Below, in pieces: positions 10,235 through 21,914 of a stretch of DNA of 64,000 nt (position 1 is its first letter; each line of letters begins with the position of its first letter). The translations under genes and the position numbers were made by a program. Under the pieces are notes generated by a model. The model was not told where the DNA came from. It saw only the letters and a program-made list of their open reading frames with translations, and did not search any database. The DNA lies in assembly GCA_963811315.1 (NCBI GenBank), contig CAWERH010000002.1, forward strand, positions 247 to 64,246, in the 5' to 3' direction. This DNA comes from an uncultured delta proteobacterium. Lineage in GTDB: Bacteria; Desulfobacterota; Binatia; UBA9968.

Positions 10235-10570
10235 GTTTCCTGCAGGCTGCGCCGGCGTGTCCAACACATTGCCGTCCACGTCATATTTCCAACCGTGGTA
10301 AATACATCTTAGCCCGCATGCCTCATTGCGGCCGAAAAATAGTGAGGTGCCGCGATGCAAGCAGTGTTCTTCTAGTAGGCCGATTTTTCCCGCGCTATCA
10401 CGGAAAGCCACCAGCGCCTCGCCAAGAATTCGCACCCGCGCCGGTGGGCAATCGGGCGCCGGAATCTCTTCGGACAACAGCGCGGGAATCCAGTAGCGCC
10501 GGATCAGCTCGCCCATCGGCGTCTCTGGAACGGTTCTGGTCAATAGTTCGTTGTGCTCTTTCGATAACAT
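10235..10570 (-). pseudogene. Rieske oxygenase (phthalate 4,5-dioxygenase-like), N-terminal Rieske domain only
   Basis: MGELIRRYWIP, CLHRG and CIYHGWKYD ligands; catalytic domain absent after PAQPAG. Confidence 0.8.
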
Positions 10571-10601
10571 TGCGGCATTACCACTCCGGTGGATCTTATT
10601 C

Positions 10602-10631
10602 GTTCAAAGTTCAAGGTTCAAATGTTCAACG
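10602..10631. repeat. GTTCAA(A/G) heptamer tandem repeat
   Basis: GTTCAAA GTTCAAG GTTCAAAT GTTCAAC; first 21 bp identical to 20267..20287. Confidence 0.75.
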
Positions 10632-10686
10632 TCGGTCAAGGCTTCTTGATCCGTCGTGCCTCTAGAACGCGCACTTAGTGCGCGTT

Positions 10687-12049
10687 CTAGAAAAGCAACT
10701 TCCAGCATTCGGCGAGCGAGCCGACGCCGGCGAGTTGCGGATGCTTGATGTGCTTCAATTGCACGGCGTTGCTCGACGGCAGGATGCAGCGTTCGAAGCC
10801 GAGCTTGCCGGATTCCTTGACCCGCGCTTCGGCTTGGGAGATGCCGCGGATTTCTCCGGCCAAACCGACTTCGCCGAAGAAAACCGTTTTGGGATCGAGA
10901 ACGCTTTCGCGACTGCTGGAAGCGATGGTGGTGACAATCCCTAAGTCGACCGCCGGTTCATCGACGTGGACGCCGCCGGCGACGTTGACGAAGATATCTT
11001 GATCGAAGAGTTTGGCGCCGAGCTTTTTTTCCAGCACCGCGACGAGGAGCGCTACGCGGTTGTGATCGACGCCGATGGTGGTGCGGCGCGGCACCGCCAA
11101 AAATGACCGGGTGACCAGTGACTGCAACTCCACCAAGATCGGCCGGGTGCCTTCCATGCTGCAGACGACGGCGGAGCCGGGAACTTGCAGCGGACGCTCC
11201 ATCAGAAAAATCTCCGAGGGATTGCTAACCTCTTTCAGACCAGCTTCCTTCATCTCGAACACGCCGATCTCATTGGTCGAGCCGAAGCGATTTTTCACCG
11301 CGCGGAGAATGCGAAAGCTATGGCCGCGCTCGCCTTCGAAGTAGAGCACGGTGTCGACCATGTGCTCCAACAATCTCGGCCCGGCGATGGCGCCGTCTTT
11401 GGTGACGTGGCCGATTAAAAACGTCGTCAAGCCGGTTTTTTTGGCAAGCACAATGATCGCGCCCGAAGCTTCCCTCACCTGAGAGATACTGCCGGGCGCC
11501 GAAGGGATCGCCGAGGAAAAAATCGTTTGCACGGAATCGATCACGAGCAGGCCGGGCTTGATCTTTTTGACATGATCGAGAATTCGCTCCAGCGAAGTCT
11601 CGCTCAAGACGAGCAAATTGGGCGCCTGGATGCCGAGGCGTTCGGCGCGCATCTTGATCTGCCGCGGCGATTCTTCGCCGGAGACATAAAGGCAGGTGAG
11701 TCCTTTCTGACTCACGGCGGCGAACGCTTGCAGCAGCAAAGTCGATTTGCCGATGCCCGGGTCGCCGCCGATCAAGTATGACCGATCCGGGAACCAGACC
11801 GCCGCCGAGGACGCGGTCGAATTCGCCGATGCCGGAGAGCACCCGGCCTTCTTCGGTGGTATCGATCTCATGAATTGGCGCCGGGTCCTCTTTGGTCCCG
11901 AGGCTCAATTCGCCGCGCGGCGTCGAAGCTTTCTCGAAGCGTTCTTCGGCGAAAGTGTTCCACTGATTGCAGTCGGGGCATTTGCCGAGCCACTTGGACG
12001 ACTGAAAGCCGCAGCTTTGGCATGCGAAGATGGTTTTGGCTTTGGCCAT
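10687..12049 (-). CDS. radA: DNA repair protein RadA/Sms (frameshifted near 11780)
   Basis: N-terminal CQSC..CPDC zinc finger, GGDPGIGKSTLLLQ, KNRFG motif. Confidence 0.97.
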
Positions 12050-12137
12050 GGTTCAGGTTTTATAGCAGGAAAATTTGTCGAAGAGTAAGAATCGCTGCCG
12101 GTTGATAATTGCTTCGTTGGTGCAATAATCCGGGACC

Positions 12138-13302
12138 ATGCCGGCAGGGTTTATCGAAACCGAGTTGACAAAGATCAAGGCCGCAGGACTGTACCGTCGT
12201 TTGCGCCGCGTGGACGGTGATCAGGGAGCGACGTTATCGATTGACGGCCGCGAGGTCGTCAATTTTTCCTCGAACAATTATCTTGGCATCGCCAATCATC
12301 CTGAGCTGGCCGCTGCAGCCAAAGCAGCGATTGATCGTTACGGTTGCGGCTCGGGCGCGTCGCGGTTGATTTCCGGCAACATGACGCTGCACGAAGAGTT
12401 GGAAAATCGACTCGCTCGAGTTCAAAGGCACCGAAGCGGCGTTGGTATTCAATTCCGGTTTCCAAGCCAACACAGGCGTGATCTCGACCTTGGCCGGCGA
12501 GAGCGACGCGATCTTCAGCGATGCGCTCAATCACGCCAGCATTATCGACGGCAGCCGCTTGGCGCGCGCCAAGATTTTTGTTTATGCACACAACGATCTC
12601 GATCAGCTCGAAACCGAGCTTAGTCACGCAGCAAGTTTTCGCCGTAGGCTTATCGTTACCGAATCGATTTTCAGTATGGACGGCGACGAAGCGCCCTTGA
12701 CGGCGATCGTCGAACTGGCGGAAAAGTACGGTGCAATGGTGATGGTCGACGAAGCCCATGCCACGGGCATATTCGGCGCGGGCGGAGCGGGTGTGGTGCA
12801 AAAGCTCGGACTCGGCAATCGCGTGCTGGTCCAGATGGGCACCTTGGGCAAGGCGCTTGGCGGTTTCGGCGCTTATATCGCCGGCAGTCGCGGCTTGTGC
12901 GATTTGTTGATCAACCGCTGCCGCAGTTTTATTTTCACAACATCGTTGCCGCCCGCGGTCATGGCTATGGCGATGGCCGCGCTCGATTTGGTGAAGCGCG
13001 AGCCGGAGCGGCGTCAAGCGCTGTGGGACAACTGCCGCAGTTTGAAAGAAGGATTGCGCAGTCTTGGATTCGAACTCGGCGCGAGCGAGAGTCCGATCCT
13101 GCCGCTGATCATCGGCGACGCAACCGAGTGCATGCGATTTTCCGAAAAATTACTTGAAAGTGGCGTCTTTGCTCAAGGTATCCGTCCACCGACGATACCG
13201 CCGGGAACTTCGCGCCTGCGTATCACGCTGATGGCGACCCACACGCGCGAGCAGATCGAGCGCGCATTAGCGGCATTCAAAGCCGTTAAAGAATCACGAT
13301 GA
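12138..13302 (+). CDS. bioF: 8-amino-7-oxononanoate synthase (frameshifted near 12420)
   Basis: NFSSNNYLG, GSGASRLISG, SDALNHASIIDG, DEAHATG, GTLGKALG. Confidence 0.96.
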
Positions 13303-14657
13303 CGACCTATCACGATGAGCTAAAACAGTTGGACCACACGTACCTGTGGCATCCTTTCACGCAGATGCAGGAATGGATGGGCGAGGAGCCCTGCATCATT
13401 AGCCGCGGCGACGGCAATTACCTGATCGACGTGCATGGACGAAAATATCTCGACGGGGTTTCCTCGCTGTGGTGCAACGTGCACGGTCACCGCAAGAAGG
13501 AACTCGACGACGCGATCCGCGAGCAGCTCGAAAAAATCGCCCACTCGACGTTGTTGGGATTGAGCCACGTTCCGGGGATTCAATTGGCGCAAAAACTAAT
13601 CGAGATCGCGCCCAAAGGTTTGAAACGTGTTTTCTATTCCGATAGCGGCGCCACGGCAGTCGAAATCGCCCTGAAGATGGCCGTGCAATATTGGCAGCTC
13701 AAGGGCGAATCGAAGCGCACCCAGATTGCATCGCTCGCCGAGTCCTACCACGGCGACACCGTCGGTTCGATGAGTCTGGGCTATTCGGAGACTTTTCACC
13801 GATTCCACAAAAGCCTGCTCTTCCCGGTGCTGCGCATCACGCCGCCGCATGTGTTTCGTTACTATCAGCGCTTGAATGAAACGGCGGCGCTCGACGCAGC
13901 GATCCAAGAGGCGGAGCAGAAGCTTGACGAGAACAAAAGCACGTTAGCGGCGCTGGTGATGGAGCCGCTCATGCAGGGCGCCGCGGGCATGTGGGCGCAG
14001 CCGGTGGGCTACCTTCATGCGCTCAGCGATATTTGCCGGCGACACGGAATTCTCTTTATCCTGGACGAAGTCGCGACGGGTTTCGGCCGCACGGGGAAAA
14101 TGTTTGCGAGCGAGCACGCCGCGATAACGCCGGACATTCTCTGCCTTGCGAAGGGCATCACCGGCGGTTATCTACCGCTGGCGGCGACATTGAGCACTGA
14201 AGAAATATTTTCGGCATTTCTGGGCGAGTACAACGAGTATAAAACGTTTTTTCATGGCCACACTTATACGGGTAACCCGCTCGGCTGCGCCGTCGCCATC
14301 GCAAACCTCGACTTGTTCAAACAAGAAAGCTTGCTGGAAAAGATGCAGCCACGAATTGCTTATCTGGCGAGACGCTTGCGCGAAGATTTTCTGCCTTTGG
14401 CGCATGTCAGCGACGTGCGCCAATGGGGCTACATGATTGGCATCGAGCTGGTCCAGGACAAGGCAAACCGGAAAAACTACGCTCCGGAACAGAGAATCGG
14501 CCACAAGGTTATCCTCGAAGCGCGTAAGCACAGCGTGCTGATTCGCCCGCTCGGCGATATCATCATCTTGATGCCGCCATTGGGCATCGGCGACGGCGAG
14601 CTGGCCACGCTGCTCGATGTGACTTATGACTGCATCCGCGCGGTAACGGGCGACTGA
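13299..14657 (+). CDS. bioA: Adenosylmethionine-8-amino-7-oxononanoate aminotransferase
   Basis: LWHPFTQM, SGATAVEIALKMA, DEVATGFGRTG, KGITGGYLPL, FFHGHTYTGNPL. Confidence 0.97.
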   Translation: MTTYHDELKQLDHTYLWHPFTQMQEWMGEEPCIISRGDGNYLIDVHGRKYLDGVSSLWCNVHGHRKKELDDAIREQLEKIAHSTLLGLSHVPGIQLAQKLIEIAPKGLKRVFYSDSGATAVEIALKMAVQYWQLKGESKRTQIASLAESYHGDTVGSMSLGYSETFHRFHKSLLFPVLRITPPHVFRYYQRLNETAALDAAIQEAEQKLDENKSTLAALVMEPLMQGAAGMWAQPVGYLHALSDICRRHGILFILDEVATGFGRTGKMFASEHAAITPDILCLAKGITGGYLPLAATLSTEEIFSAFLGEYNEYKTFFHGHTYTGNPLGCAVAIANLDLFKQESLLEKMQPRIAYLARRLREDFLPLAHVSDVRQWGYMIGIELVQDKANRKNYAPEQRIGHKVILEARKHSVLIRPLGDIIILMPPLGIGDGELATLLDVTYDCIRAVTGD

Positions 14658-14678
14658 GAGATGAACGAACCGCTTTTC

Positions 14679-14734
14679 GAAGATGGAGGATTGAGGATGG
14701 AGGATCGATCCTCGATTCTCGATCTTCTATCCTC
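14679..14734. repeat. Palindromic heptamer array (4 GAGGATN-like units followed by 4 inverted units)
   Basis: GAAGATG GAGGATT GAGGATG GAGGATC | GATCCTC GATTCTC GATCTTC TATCCTC, between bioA and bioD. Confidence 0.8.
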
Positions 14735-14748
14735 AACCCTGGGTCGCA

Positions 14749-15465
14749 ATGGGTAAAGGTCTTTTCATCACCGGGACGGATACCGCCGTCGGCAAGACTT
14801 TCGTGGCCTGCAGCTTGGCTGCCTACTTGCGCGAGCTTGGCTACCGCGTGGGGGTCATGAAGCCGGTGGAAACCGGCTGCGTGGAAAGGGACGGTGAACT
14901 GTTTCCCGAAGACGCAGTGCAACTAAAGAACGCCGCTGGCGCGTCGGAACCTATCGAAAAAATCTGCCCGTATCGATTGCCTGAGCCGTTGGCGCCGAGC
15001 ATCGCTGCGGAACGTGCCGGCGTGAAAATTGACATCGATCATCTGCTGGCGATCTACGATGAAATTCGCGACCAGCACGATATCACATTGGTCGAGGGCG
15101 CCGGCGGTCTGATGGTGCCGCTTTTGCCGAGTTACACTTATGCCGACTTTGCCCGCGTAGCAAAATTACCGCTTATCGTGGTGGCGGCGAATCGGCTCGG
15201 CATGATCAACCATCTCCTGCTCACCCTGGAACACGCGAGTTGCAAGGATTTGACAATCTTCGGTTACGTCCTGAATCGAACATCCGGCGAAGCTTCGCTC
15301 GCAGCGGACACCAATCGTGAGGTGCTGGCGGGTTTGACCGGAGTACCTTGTCTCGGTGAATTGCCGTTCGTTGATATTGGCCAGCGTCAAGATCACTTTT
15401 CGGTCGAGGCGTTTGAGCAGGAGTTCGACATTCGGGTGATTGAGCCGTTGTTGGCTCGCGGGTAA
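14749..15465 (+). CDS. bioD: Dethiobiotin synthase
   Basis: FITGTDTAVGKT, MKPVETG, VEGAGGL, LGMINH. Confidence 0.97.
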   Translation: MGKGLFITGTDTAVGKTFVACSLAAYLRELGYRVGVMKPVETGCVERDGELFPEDAVQLKNAAGASEPIEKICPYRLPEPLAPSIAAERAGVKIDIDHLLAIYDEIRDQHDITLVEGAGGLMVPLLPSYTYADFARVAKLPLIVVAANRLGMINHLLLTLEHASCKDLTIFGYVLNRTSGEASLAADTNREVLAGLTGVPCLGELPFVDIGQRQDHFSVEAFEQEFDIRVIEPLLARG

Positions 15466-15492
15466 AAGTAACGTGGTCTAGAGTTAAGAAAA

Positions 15493-16457
15493 ATGAAAAC
15501 AGCACAATTTGTTGCGGCGCTGATCCTGGTTTGCGGCATGGCGGCGACCCTCGTCCACGCCGCTGATAAGGTCGTCATTTCTTACAGCAGCCGGAGCTAC
15601 GCGTTTTTACCCGCGCAAGTGGCGGTGGCGAAGGGATTTTTCAAAGACGAGAATCTCGATCCGCTTTTGATCCAGATGCGCAGCCAGGTCACCGTGCCGG
15701 CGTTGATGAGCGGGGAAGTGCACTACACGTTGAGCTTCGGCAATATTATCGGCAGCGCGATGCAGGGCATGCCGTTCAAGATTCTCGCCGTTTTGACGGA
15801 CAAGCCACTGCACAACATCGTCGCTCGCGCCGACATCAAAACGATCGGCGATTTGCGCGGCAAGAAGATCGGCACGCAGCGAATCGGCGGTTCTGATCAT
15901 CTTGCGGCGGAGGCCATTCTTCAAGCTAAGGGTTTGGACTTGAAGGAAGTGCAATTCGTCACTCTGGGCGGTGACGAGCCGGTGCGCGTGGAAATGTTGC
16001 GCAAGGGTCTGGTGGATGCCGTTTGCACCGTGCCGCCTGGTCCGGTTCGCTTGGCCCGCGAGGGATACAACATTCTCGGCGGCCCGAAGGATTTAAAAAT
16101 CGGCAGCCCGATTTCCGCGGTGGCCGTGACCGACATGCGCCTGAAGAGTAATCGTGACGAAACCAAACGGGTATTGCGCGCGAACTTGCGCGGTTTGCGA
16201 TTCATGCACGAGCGCAAAGAAGAAGTGATTCCGATCATGATGCGTTGGTTGAACCAGACTCCTGAGGTGGCGCGGGACTCCTACGATTCCATCCTGCCAT
16301 CATTCAGTCTGGACGGCGGCACGGTCGACAAAACCTACGAATTCGCCATCGAGTCGCGCAAGGCGACGGTGCGAACGGATAAGCCGATTCCGCTGTCTCA
16401 GGTGCGGGACCTGACTTTGTTGAGAGAAGTGCAGAAGGAACTGAAACGCTACAATAA
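15493..16457 (+). CDS. ABC-type substrate-binding protein, NMT1/THI5-like
   Basis: Signal peptide, VAVAKGFFKDENL, DLRGKKIG, DLTLLREVQKELK; probable true stop TAA 16455-16457 (ORF track runs to 16521). Confidence 0.88.
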
Positions 16458-16476
16458 TGCGACAGCGAGTCACTCG

Positions 16477-17757
16477 CTAACGCGCCTCCGAATCCTCGAT
16501 GGTCCATCCAAATTGTCGTAGCCCCGGCATCGCCAGCCCAACATCCCAACGTCAGCAAGCCCCCGACAGCGCAGCCGAAGAGTAGCGAACCCGGCGCGCC
16601 GAGAGCGCGGCCATAAAGCCGACCTCTGCGCCGCCGACGGCGTTGGCGCCTTGGGAAAACATATTGAAAACGGAGAACGCGCGGCCGCGCACATGATCGG
16701 GCGTCAAGAGATGAAAGCTGGTCTGGCGCATGACGGCCTGGAGCGAATTAGCCAGACCCATGACGCCAAGCAATAAAAGCGATAAGCCCGAAATGTGGTC
16801 GAGAGCGCAAAAACTCCCAATGCCGACCGCGTAAGCGAGAAAAGACCAAAGCGCGAGCAGGCCTTTGCTCTTCACGTCGCCGATCGCAAGCAGCGCGAAC
16901 GTGCCGAGGACGCCGCCGATAGCCGGCGCGGAAGAGAGCATGCCAAAGCCGGCGGGTCCGACGAAAAGAATGTCTTTGGCAAAGATCGGCAGCAGCGGCC
17001 GATAATAGCCAAATCCGATGACGATGAAATCGAGCATCACGAGGGTGAGAATGATCGGCTCGGAGAAAAGAAATTTAACACCGCCCAAGAAACTCGCCAT
17101 AGGAAAATTTCTCTCGCATCGTCTTGTCGATGGCAGGAGTTTTGAGCAGAACGACAGCGATGGCCGCCGGAATATAAAACAACGCGTTGAACAGATACGC
17201 ATTTCCCGTGCTCATCCACGCCAGGCTCAGACCCGCCGCAACATGGGCCCGATGAAGTGCGATGCTCTGGGAAACACTGGAGTTTAGCGCCACGGCGTTG
17301 GTCAAGATGCGAGCGCGGCACCAGGTGGGAAATCAATGCCATGCGCGTTGGATTGAGCACGATGTTGAGCGCGGAAGTGATCGCCGTGCCGGCGAGAATA
17401 TGCCAGACCTGAATCAGGCCGGTGAGCGTCAAAACACCGAGCGCGATGCGCGACGAGAGATTTCCGAAGGTCGTGATCAGGAGGATTTTCTTTCGATCGA
17501 GAAAATCCGCCAGCGTTCCGCCGAACAAGCCGAGAGCGAAAATCGGCACCCCTTGGGCGAGCCCCGTCATGCCCAACTAGAAACGCCGATCCGGAAATTT
17601 CATAGACCTGATAGAGGTTTTGCGTTAGGCGCATCTGCTGCGCGCGTGACGGCGAAAAGCGCGAGCAGAAACAAGAAGCTGTAGTCGCGATAGCGCAGCG
17701 ATGCCCAAGGCGGTAGCGAGGCGGGCTGGGCGTCGCTGTCGGCGCGTCGTCGGGCAT
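16477..17757 (-). CDS. MFS transporter (EntS/H+ antiporter-like; frameshifted)
   Basis: LFGGTLADFLDRKKIL motif A, TPDHVRGRAFS, many TM segments across overlapping ORFs. Confidence 0.88.
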
Positions 17758-17773
17758 TGGCGAGAACGTCGGG

Positions 17774-18941
17774 TTACCTACCGAGCGACTGCGCATGACT
17801 TCGTCGTAAATCAGCTTGAGCGGCAGTTTCTTTGCTTTGGCAAGGCGTTTGAGTTCGTCGTATTCGGGCGTAAACCGCTTGCTCCCGTCCGGTTGTCCGA
17901 TGACTTTGACGGTTACTTCGCCAAAGCGGAGTTTTTACCTTCTTCGATTCACGCTTCAAGATCATGCGGCTCACCGGGTAGTAGCGAATGCCGATGGTCG
18001 AGGTTTCCTGAAAAATGATCCTGACCAGCTTTTCTCGATCGCGCGGTTCGGCAATGACGCTGAGCAGAGTCGCGGGACGGTTTTTTTTCATCTGGATCGG
18101 CGTCAGAAAGACATCGCGCGCGCCGGCGGCGAATAGACGATCCATCGCGTGATCGTAAAACTGTGGATTCATGTCATCGATATTGGTTTCGATCACCAGC
18201 ATCTCTTCCGTTTGCAAGAAGGAGTCGGGAGCGCCAAGTATCACGCGAAATAGATTGGGGCGATTGATAAACTCCTTTTGGCCGGCGCCATAGCCGATGT
18301 TTTCAATGGTCATGGCGGGCTGATCGCCGAAATTTTTCCCCAGCGTCCGGACAATCGCGGCACCGGTGGGTGTGACCGTTTCGCTTTCCATGTCGACGCC
18401 GACGACCGGCAATCCCTTCAGAAGCTCAAGAGTTGCGGGCCCGGGCGCGGGCAGCGGTCCATGCGCGGAACGAACGATGCCGCGCCCCAACGGAATTCGC
18501 GAGAAGGTGAAGGACTCGATCCCGAATTCATGAATGCCGATCGCTGCTGCCATGATGTCGACGATGGAATCGGTGGCGCCGACTTCATGGAAATGGACAC
18601 GGTCGACGGCGACGCCGTGGATCTTGGCTTCGGCCTGCGCCAAGCGCGTGAAAATCTCGATACCCGTTGTCTTTGACGGCGTGCTTAAGTTTGCTGCGCT
18701 CGATCAGCTCGCGAATCTGTTTCCATGAGCGTGGCTGTTCGTGCTCGCGGCAAATTACCTGAAACTGAGTGGCGCGGATGGAGTGGACGGATTTTTTTGA
18801 CGCTTTGAGCTCGAACTTAAGCGTCGGGATTTTCGCCAGTTCGGCCTTGAGCTTACTGAGCGGCAAACCGAGATCGAGCAGCGCGGCGACGAACATGTCG
18901 CCGCTTATTCCGCCGATCAGATCGCCGTAGGCGATCCGCAT
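17774..18941 (-). CDS. larC: Nickel-pincer cofactor nickel insertase LarC (frameshifted)
   Basis: GISGDMFVAALLDLG, VHFHEVGATDSIVD, HGPLPAPGPAT, TPTGAA, ETNIDDMNP, MKKNRP. Confidence 0.95.
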
Positions 18942-19038
18942 CAACTTCACCTCAGCCGAACCGGTCGTGTTCGTGATCGTGGCTCGATGATGAGATTGTC
19001 GATCTGACCACGACCTATCACGCTCACGAGCACGGCTT

Positions 19039-20251
19039 TTACCAATTTGCGGTGCGTTTCCTTGCCGCTGGTCTCGACGCGGATGATTTCCGATTTAAAT
19101 GGCTTGCCGAGCAGGGTGTCGATGAGCCAGTGGACGACTAGCGGACGTGCCTTCGGATTGCGGATCGAGTGGCGCTCGCCTTCGAAAACGTAGAGCAGTT
19201 TTGGCGCGGGGATTTCGCCCATCAGCTCGTAGACGAATTTCATGTCGCAATGCTCGTCGTCTTCGCCGGCAACGACCATGTACGGACAAGTTATCTTGGA
19301 TGTAACGCCTTTGAGCGAAAGCGTTTTGGTGAATTCGTCAAAAGCCGCTTCGTCGTCGTAGCCGGACATGTACATGTAGTTCAATTTAAATGTCGGCGAC
19401 GACATGTTGAAGATTGCGTGCTGGCCCGGCTCCATGCACACGCCGCTCACCGCGCAGGCTTTGAAGCGATGTTCTTCCGCGACCACGCGCGGCGCCCAGT
19501 ACGAACCCATGCTCGACGCCATGACGCCGAGGCGTTCGGCATCGATTTCCGGACGCCTGACCAAATAATCCACGGCGAGCTTGCCGGCATCCGCATAGTT
19601 CGACGCAGTACAGCAAATGCCGCCTTCGCGAGTTTCGCCCTGGCCGGGGCCGTCGATCGACAATAAGGCAAAGCCGTGCTCGATAATCGGATCGCCGGTC
19701 GCGGGATGATCTTCTTTGACGCCATCCATGCCGGGGATGTACATGATGCAGGGGACTTTTTCGTTGGCTTGGCGCTTGGGCGGGAGATGCAAAAGCGCCT
19801 GGATCTTTTTCCCCTGGTAGGGCAGCTCGACGCGTTCGATGGGACGGCCGGCGTATTGAATGAACTTGTCGTAGCAGGCGCGCTTGCGTTCCTGCCATGC
19901 CATGCGCTGGGGATTGCCATCCTCATAAATCGCCCACATGGCGTTGGTGTAGAAACAAGCGGCGATATAATAGTGATCGCGCGCTTCGGCGAGTTTGCCG
20001 GCGGCTTCGGCTTGCTGCCCCTGTTCCTCGCGGCGCGCTGCGGCCTGGGAAAATTCGCGCGGAATATCGACGAATTTTTTGATGCGGCGGCAGACTTCCT
20101 GCAGATCTGGTTCGACGCCGGGGCCGCAATTACGAATAATTTTGCCGGTCCGGCCCTGGTCCCAGTCAATTCCGCGGGTTTGGATGACTTGATCCAAGAT
20201 CCAGCGCTGTTCGCGCCAACGTTTCATTTTGCGTTCGGTTTCGAGTCGCAT
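19039..20251 (-). CDS. Alpha/beta hydrolase, 2,6-dihydroxy-pseudo-oxynicotine hydrolase/FrsA-like
   Basis: PGMDGVKE, IDGPGQGE, nucleophile SSMGSYW, GEDD and ERHS; probable true stop at 19039. Confidence 0.85.
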
Positions 20252-20266
20252 GGGACCTCCGAGGCT

Positions 20267-20296
20267 GTTCAAAGTTCAAGGTTCAAAGGTTCAAGG
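20267..20296. repeat. GTTCAA(A/G) heptamer tandem repeat
   Basis: GTTCAAA GTTCAAG GTTCAAAG GTTCAAG. Confidence 0.75.
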
Positions 20297-20322
20297 TCGA
20301 TCAATGTGATTCGGCAACGCGA

Positions 20323-21289
20323 CTATTTGGCCTTGACGAAGCGATCGTCGACGAATTTTCGCAAGTCTACGTTCTTTGAGTTGAGGCGTGGAATCCAGCA
20401 GGCTGTCGCGTACCGCTTCAAGACCTTTCAGCCCGGGATAGGGCGGACTGGAAATAGCTTTATCGTATTCTTTGTAGCCGCTTTCCAGGATTCGATCTTC
20501 CGCGCGCATGTACTTGCGCAGCACTCGAAGCGCTGCCCGGCTATCTTCTTTGTAGATCTTGGCGCCATCGGTGAGGGAAGCCATATAGGCGCGGGCGATC
20601 TCCGGCTGGCTCTGGACGAAGGAGCGTTTGGCGGCAATCCCGGAGAAAGTAAATTCCCTGCCTAAATCCGGGATATGCAGCAACGGCCGGTAGCCGAGAT
20701 CGCGCGCCGCCGTGGAAGTCGGTGGCGACAGGATGCCGCCGTCGATCGCGCCGGCACGCATGGCGATGAGAATGTCAGGGATACCGCCCAGAGAGATCAT
20801 GGTTACGTCCTTTGGGCTCAGACCAAATTGCTCGAGCGCGGTGCGCAGGGCGAGGTCACTGGCCGAGCCCAAGCGTGTGATACCGATCTTTTTGCCTTTG
20901 AGGTCAGCGCCTTTGGTAATCCGCGCATCGGCAATGAGCGTGAAAACCATTTGATGCGTGGTCGTGCCGATCCAAACAAAGTCGGCGCCTTGAGCCCAGG
21001 CAGTCATCATCGGCGCCGGTGACAAATGGCCGAATTGGATTTCTCCTGCCAAAAGCGCCTGCACCGCGGTGGTGCCGCCGCGGATGTAAATCAGATTCGA
21101 GTCGAGGCCATGTTTCTTGAAATGGCCTTCTTCATGGGTCAACCAAAGAGTGCCGATCCCCGCCGACAAGGCGCTGTAAGCTGTGCGCACCGGTGTAAGC
21201 CGGGTTTGGCTGTTGGCGGGCGAAGCGGTCAGGCCTAGTAACGCGACGACGAAGGCCCCAAGGGACAATATTTTCGCTGCACCGGTCAT
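20323..21289 (-). CDS. ABC-type substrate-binding protein, NMT1/THI5-like
   Basis: Signal peptide, GHFKKHGLD, DLKGKKIGITRLGSASD; C-terminus KFVDDRFVKAK* in a shifted frame. Confidence 0.88.
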
Positions 21290-21501
21290 AAATTGGCTAT
21301 AAGTGTTTCGGCACCTGGATGTGGAGGCCAGCTCGCGTCCACTGAGTGCAAGATTGAGAATCGGCGCTGACTGTAGTTAAAATTCTGCTGGATCGCAAAC
21401 TTAGAACCGCTGACTGTTGGTGCACTCGCGGTTGATTCTCCAGGACTTTTGTGATTATAAGAAATCGTAACCTATTTCTAGCGTAATTACGGAATTTTAC
21501 G

Positions 21502-21891
21502 ATGTTATTTGATTTCGCGAATGTCCTCGTGTTTACCGCATTAGGACTCGGCTTTGTCGGCGTCAATCTGCTGATCGGTAAGCTGCTCCGACCGGCCAAT
21601 CCACAGACTCGAAAGCTTTCGACTTACGAATGCGGCGAGCCTTCGACCGGCAGTGCCTGGGTGAATTTTAATATCCGATTCTACCTGGTCGCACTGATTT
21701 TTATAATTTTCGAGGTCGAAATCGCCTTCATGTTTCCCGTGGCGACGGTTTTTCGCCGTTGGGTCGAAGGCGGCGTCGGGGTTATTCGCGTTGGTAGAAA
21801 TACTGCTTTTCGTCGGAATTCTCTTTCTCGGGCTGATTTACGCTTGGACAAAGGGAGACCTGGACTGGGTGAAAAAGGTGAAAACCTGATA
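21502..21891 (+). CDS. nuoA: NADH-quinone oxidoreductase subunit A (frameshift near 21780)
   Basis: [24 protein letters not shown]; [10 protein letters not shown] in the shifted frame. Confidence 0.95.
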
Positions 21892-21914
21892 GACTGGTCC
21901 TAGGGAGATATCGG

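Noticed and set aside
10602-20296. Short tandem repeats as CRISPR arrays
   Set aside because: Units are 7-9 bp with no unique spacers and no cas genes.
19676-20665. 329-aa plus-strand ORF, and similar long shadows at 29176..30021, 32063..32842 and 40941..41807
   Set aside because: Antisense to well-supported genes in GC-rich DNA.
10687-21903. Frameshifts in radA, bioF, larC, MFS and nuoA (also recX, M23, BatA) as pseudogenisation or programmed frameshifting
   Set aside because: Single-base indels are scattered through housekeeping genes whose motifs are otherwise intact and are denser toward the window ends; long-read consensus error is the simplest explanation.
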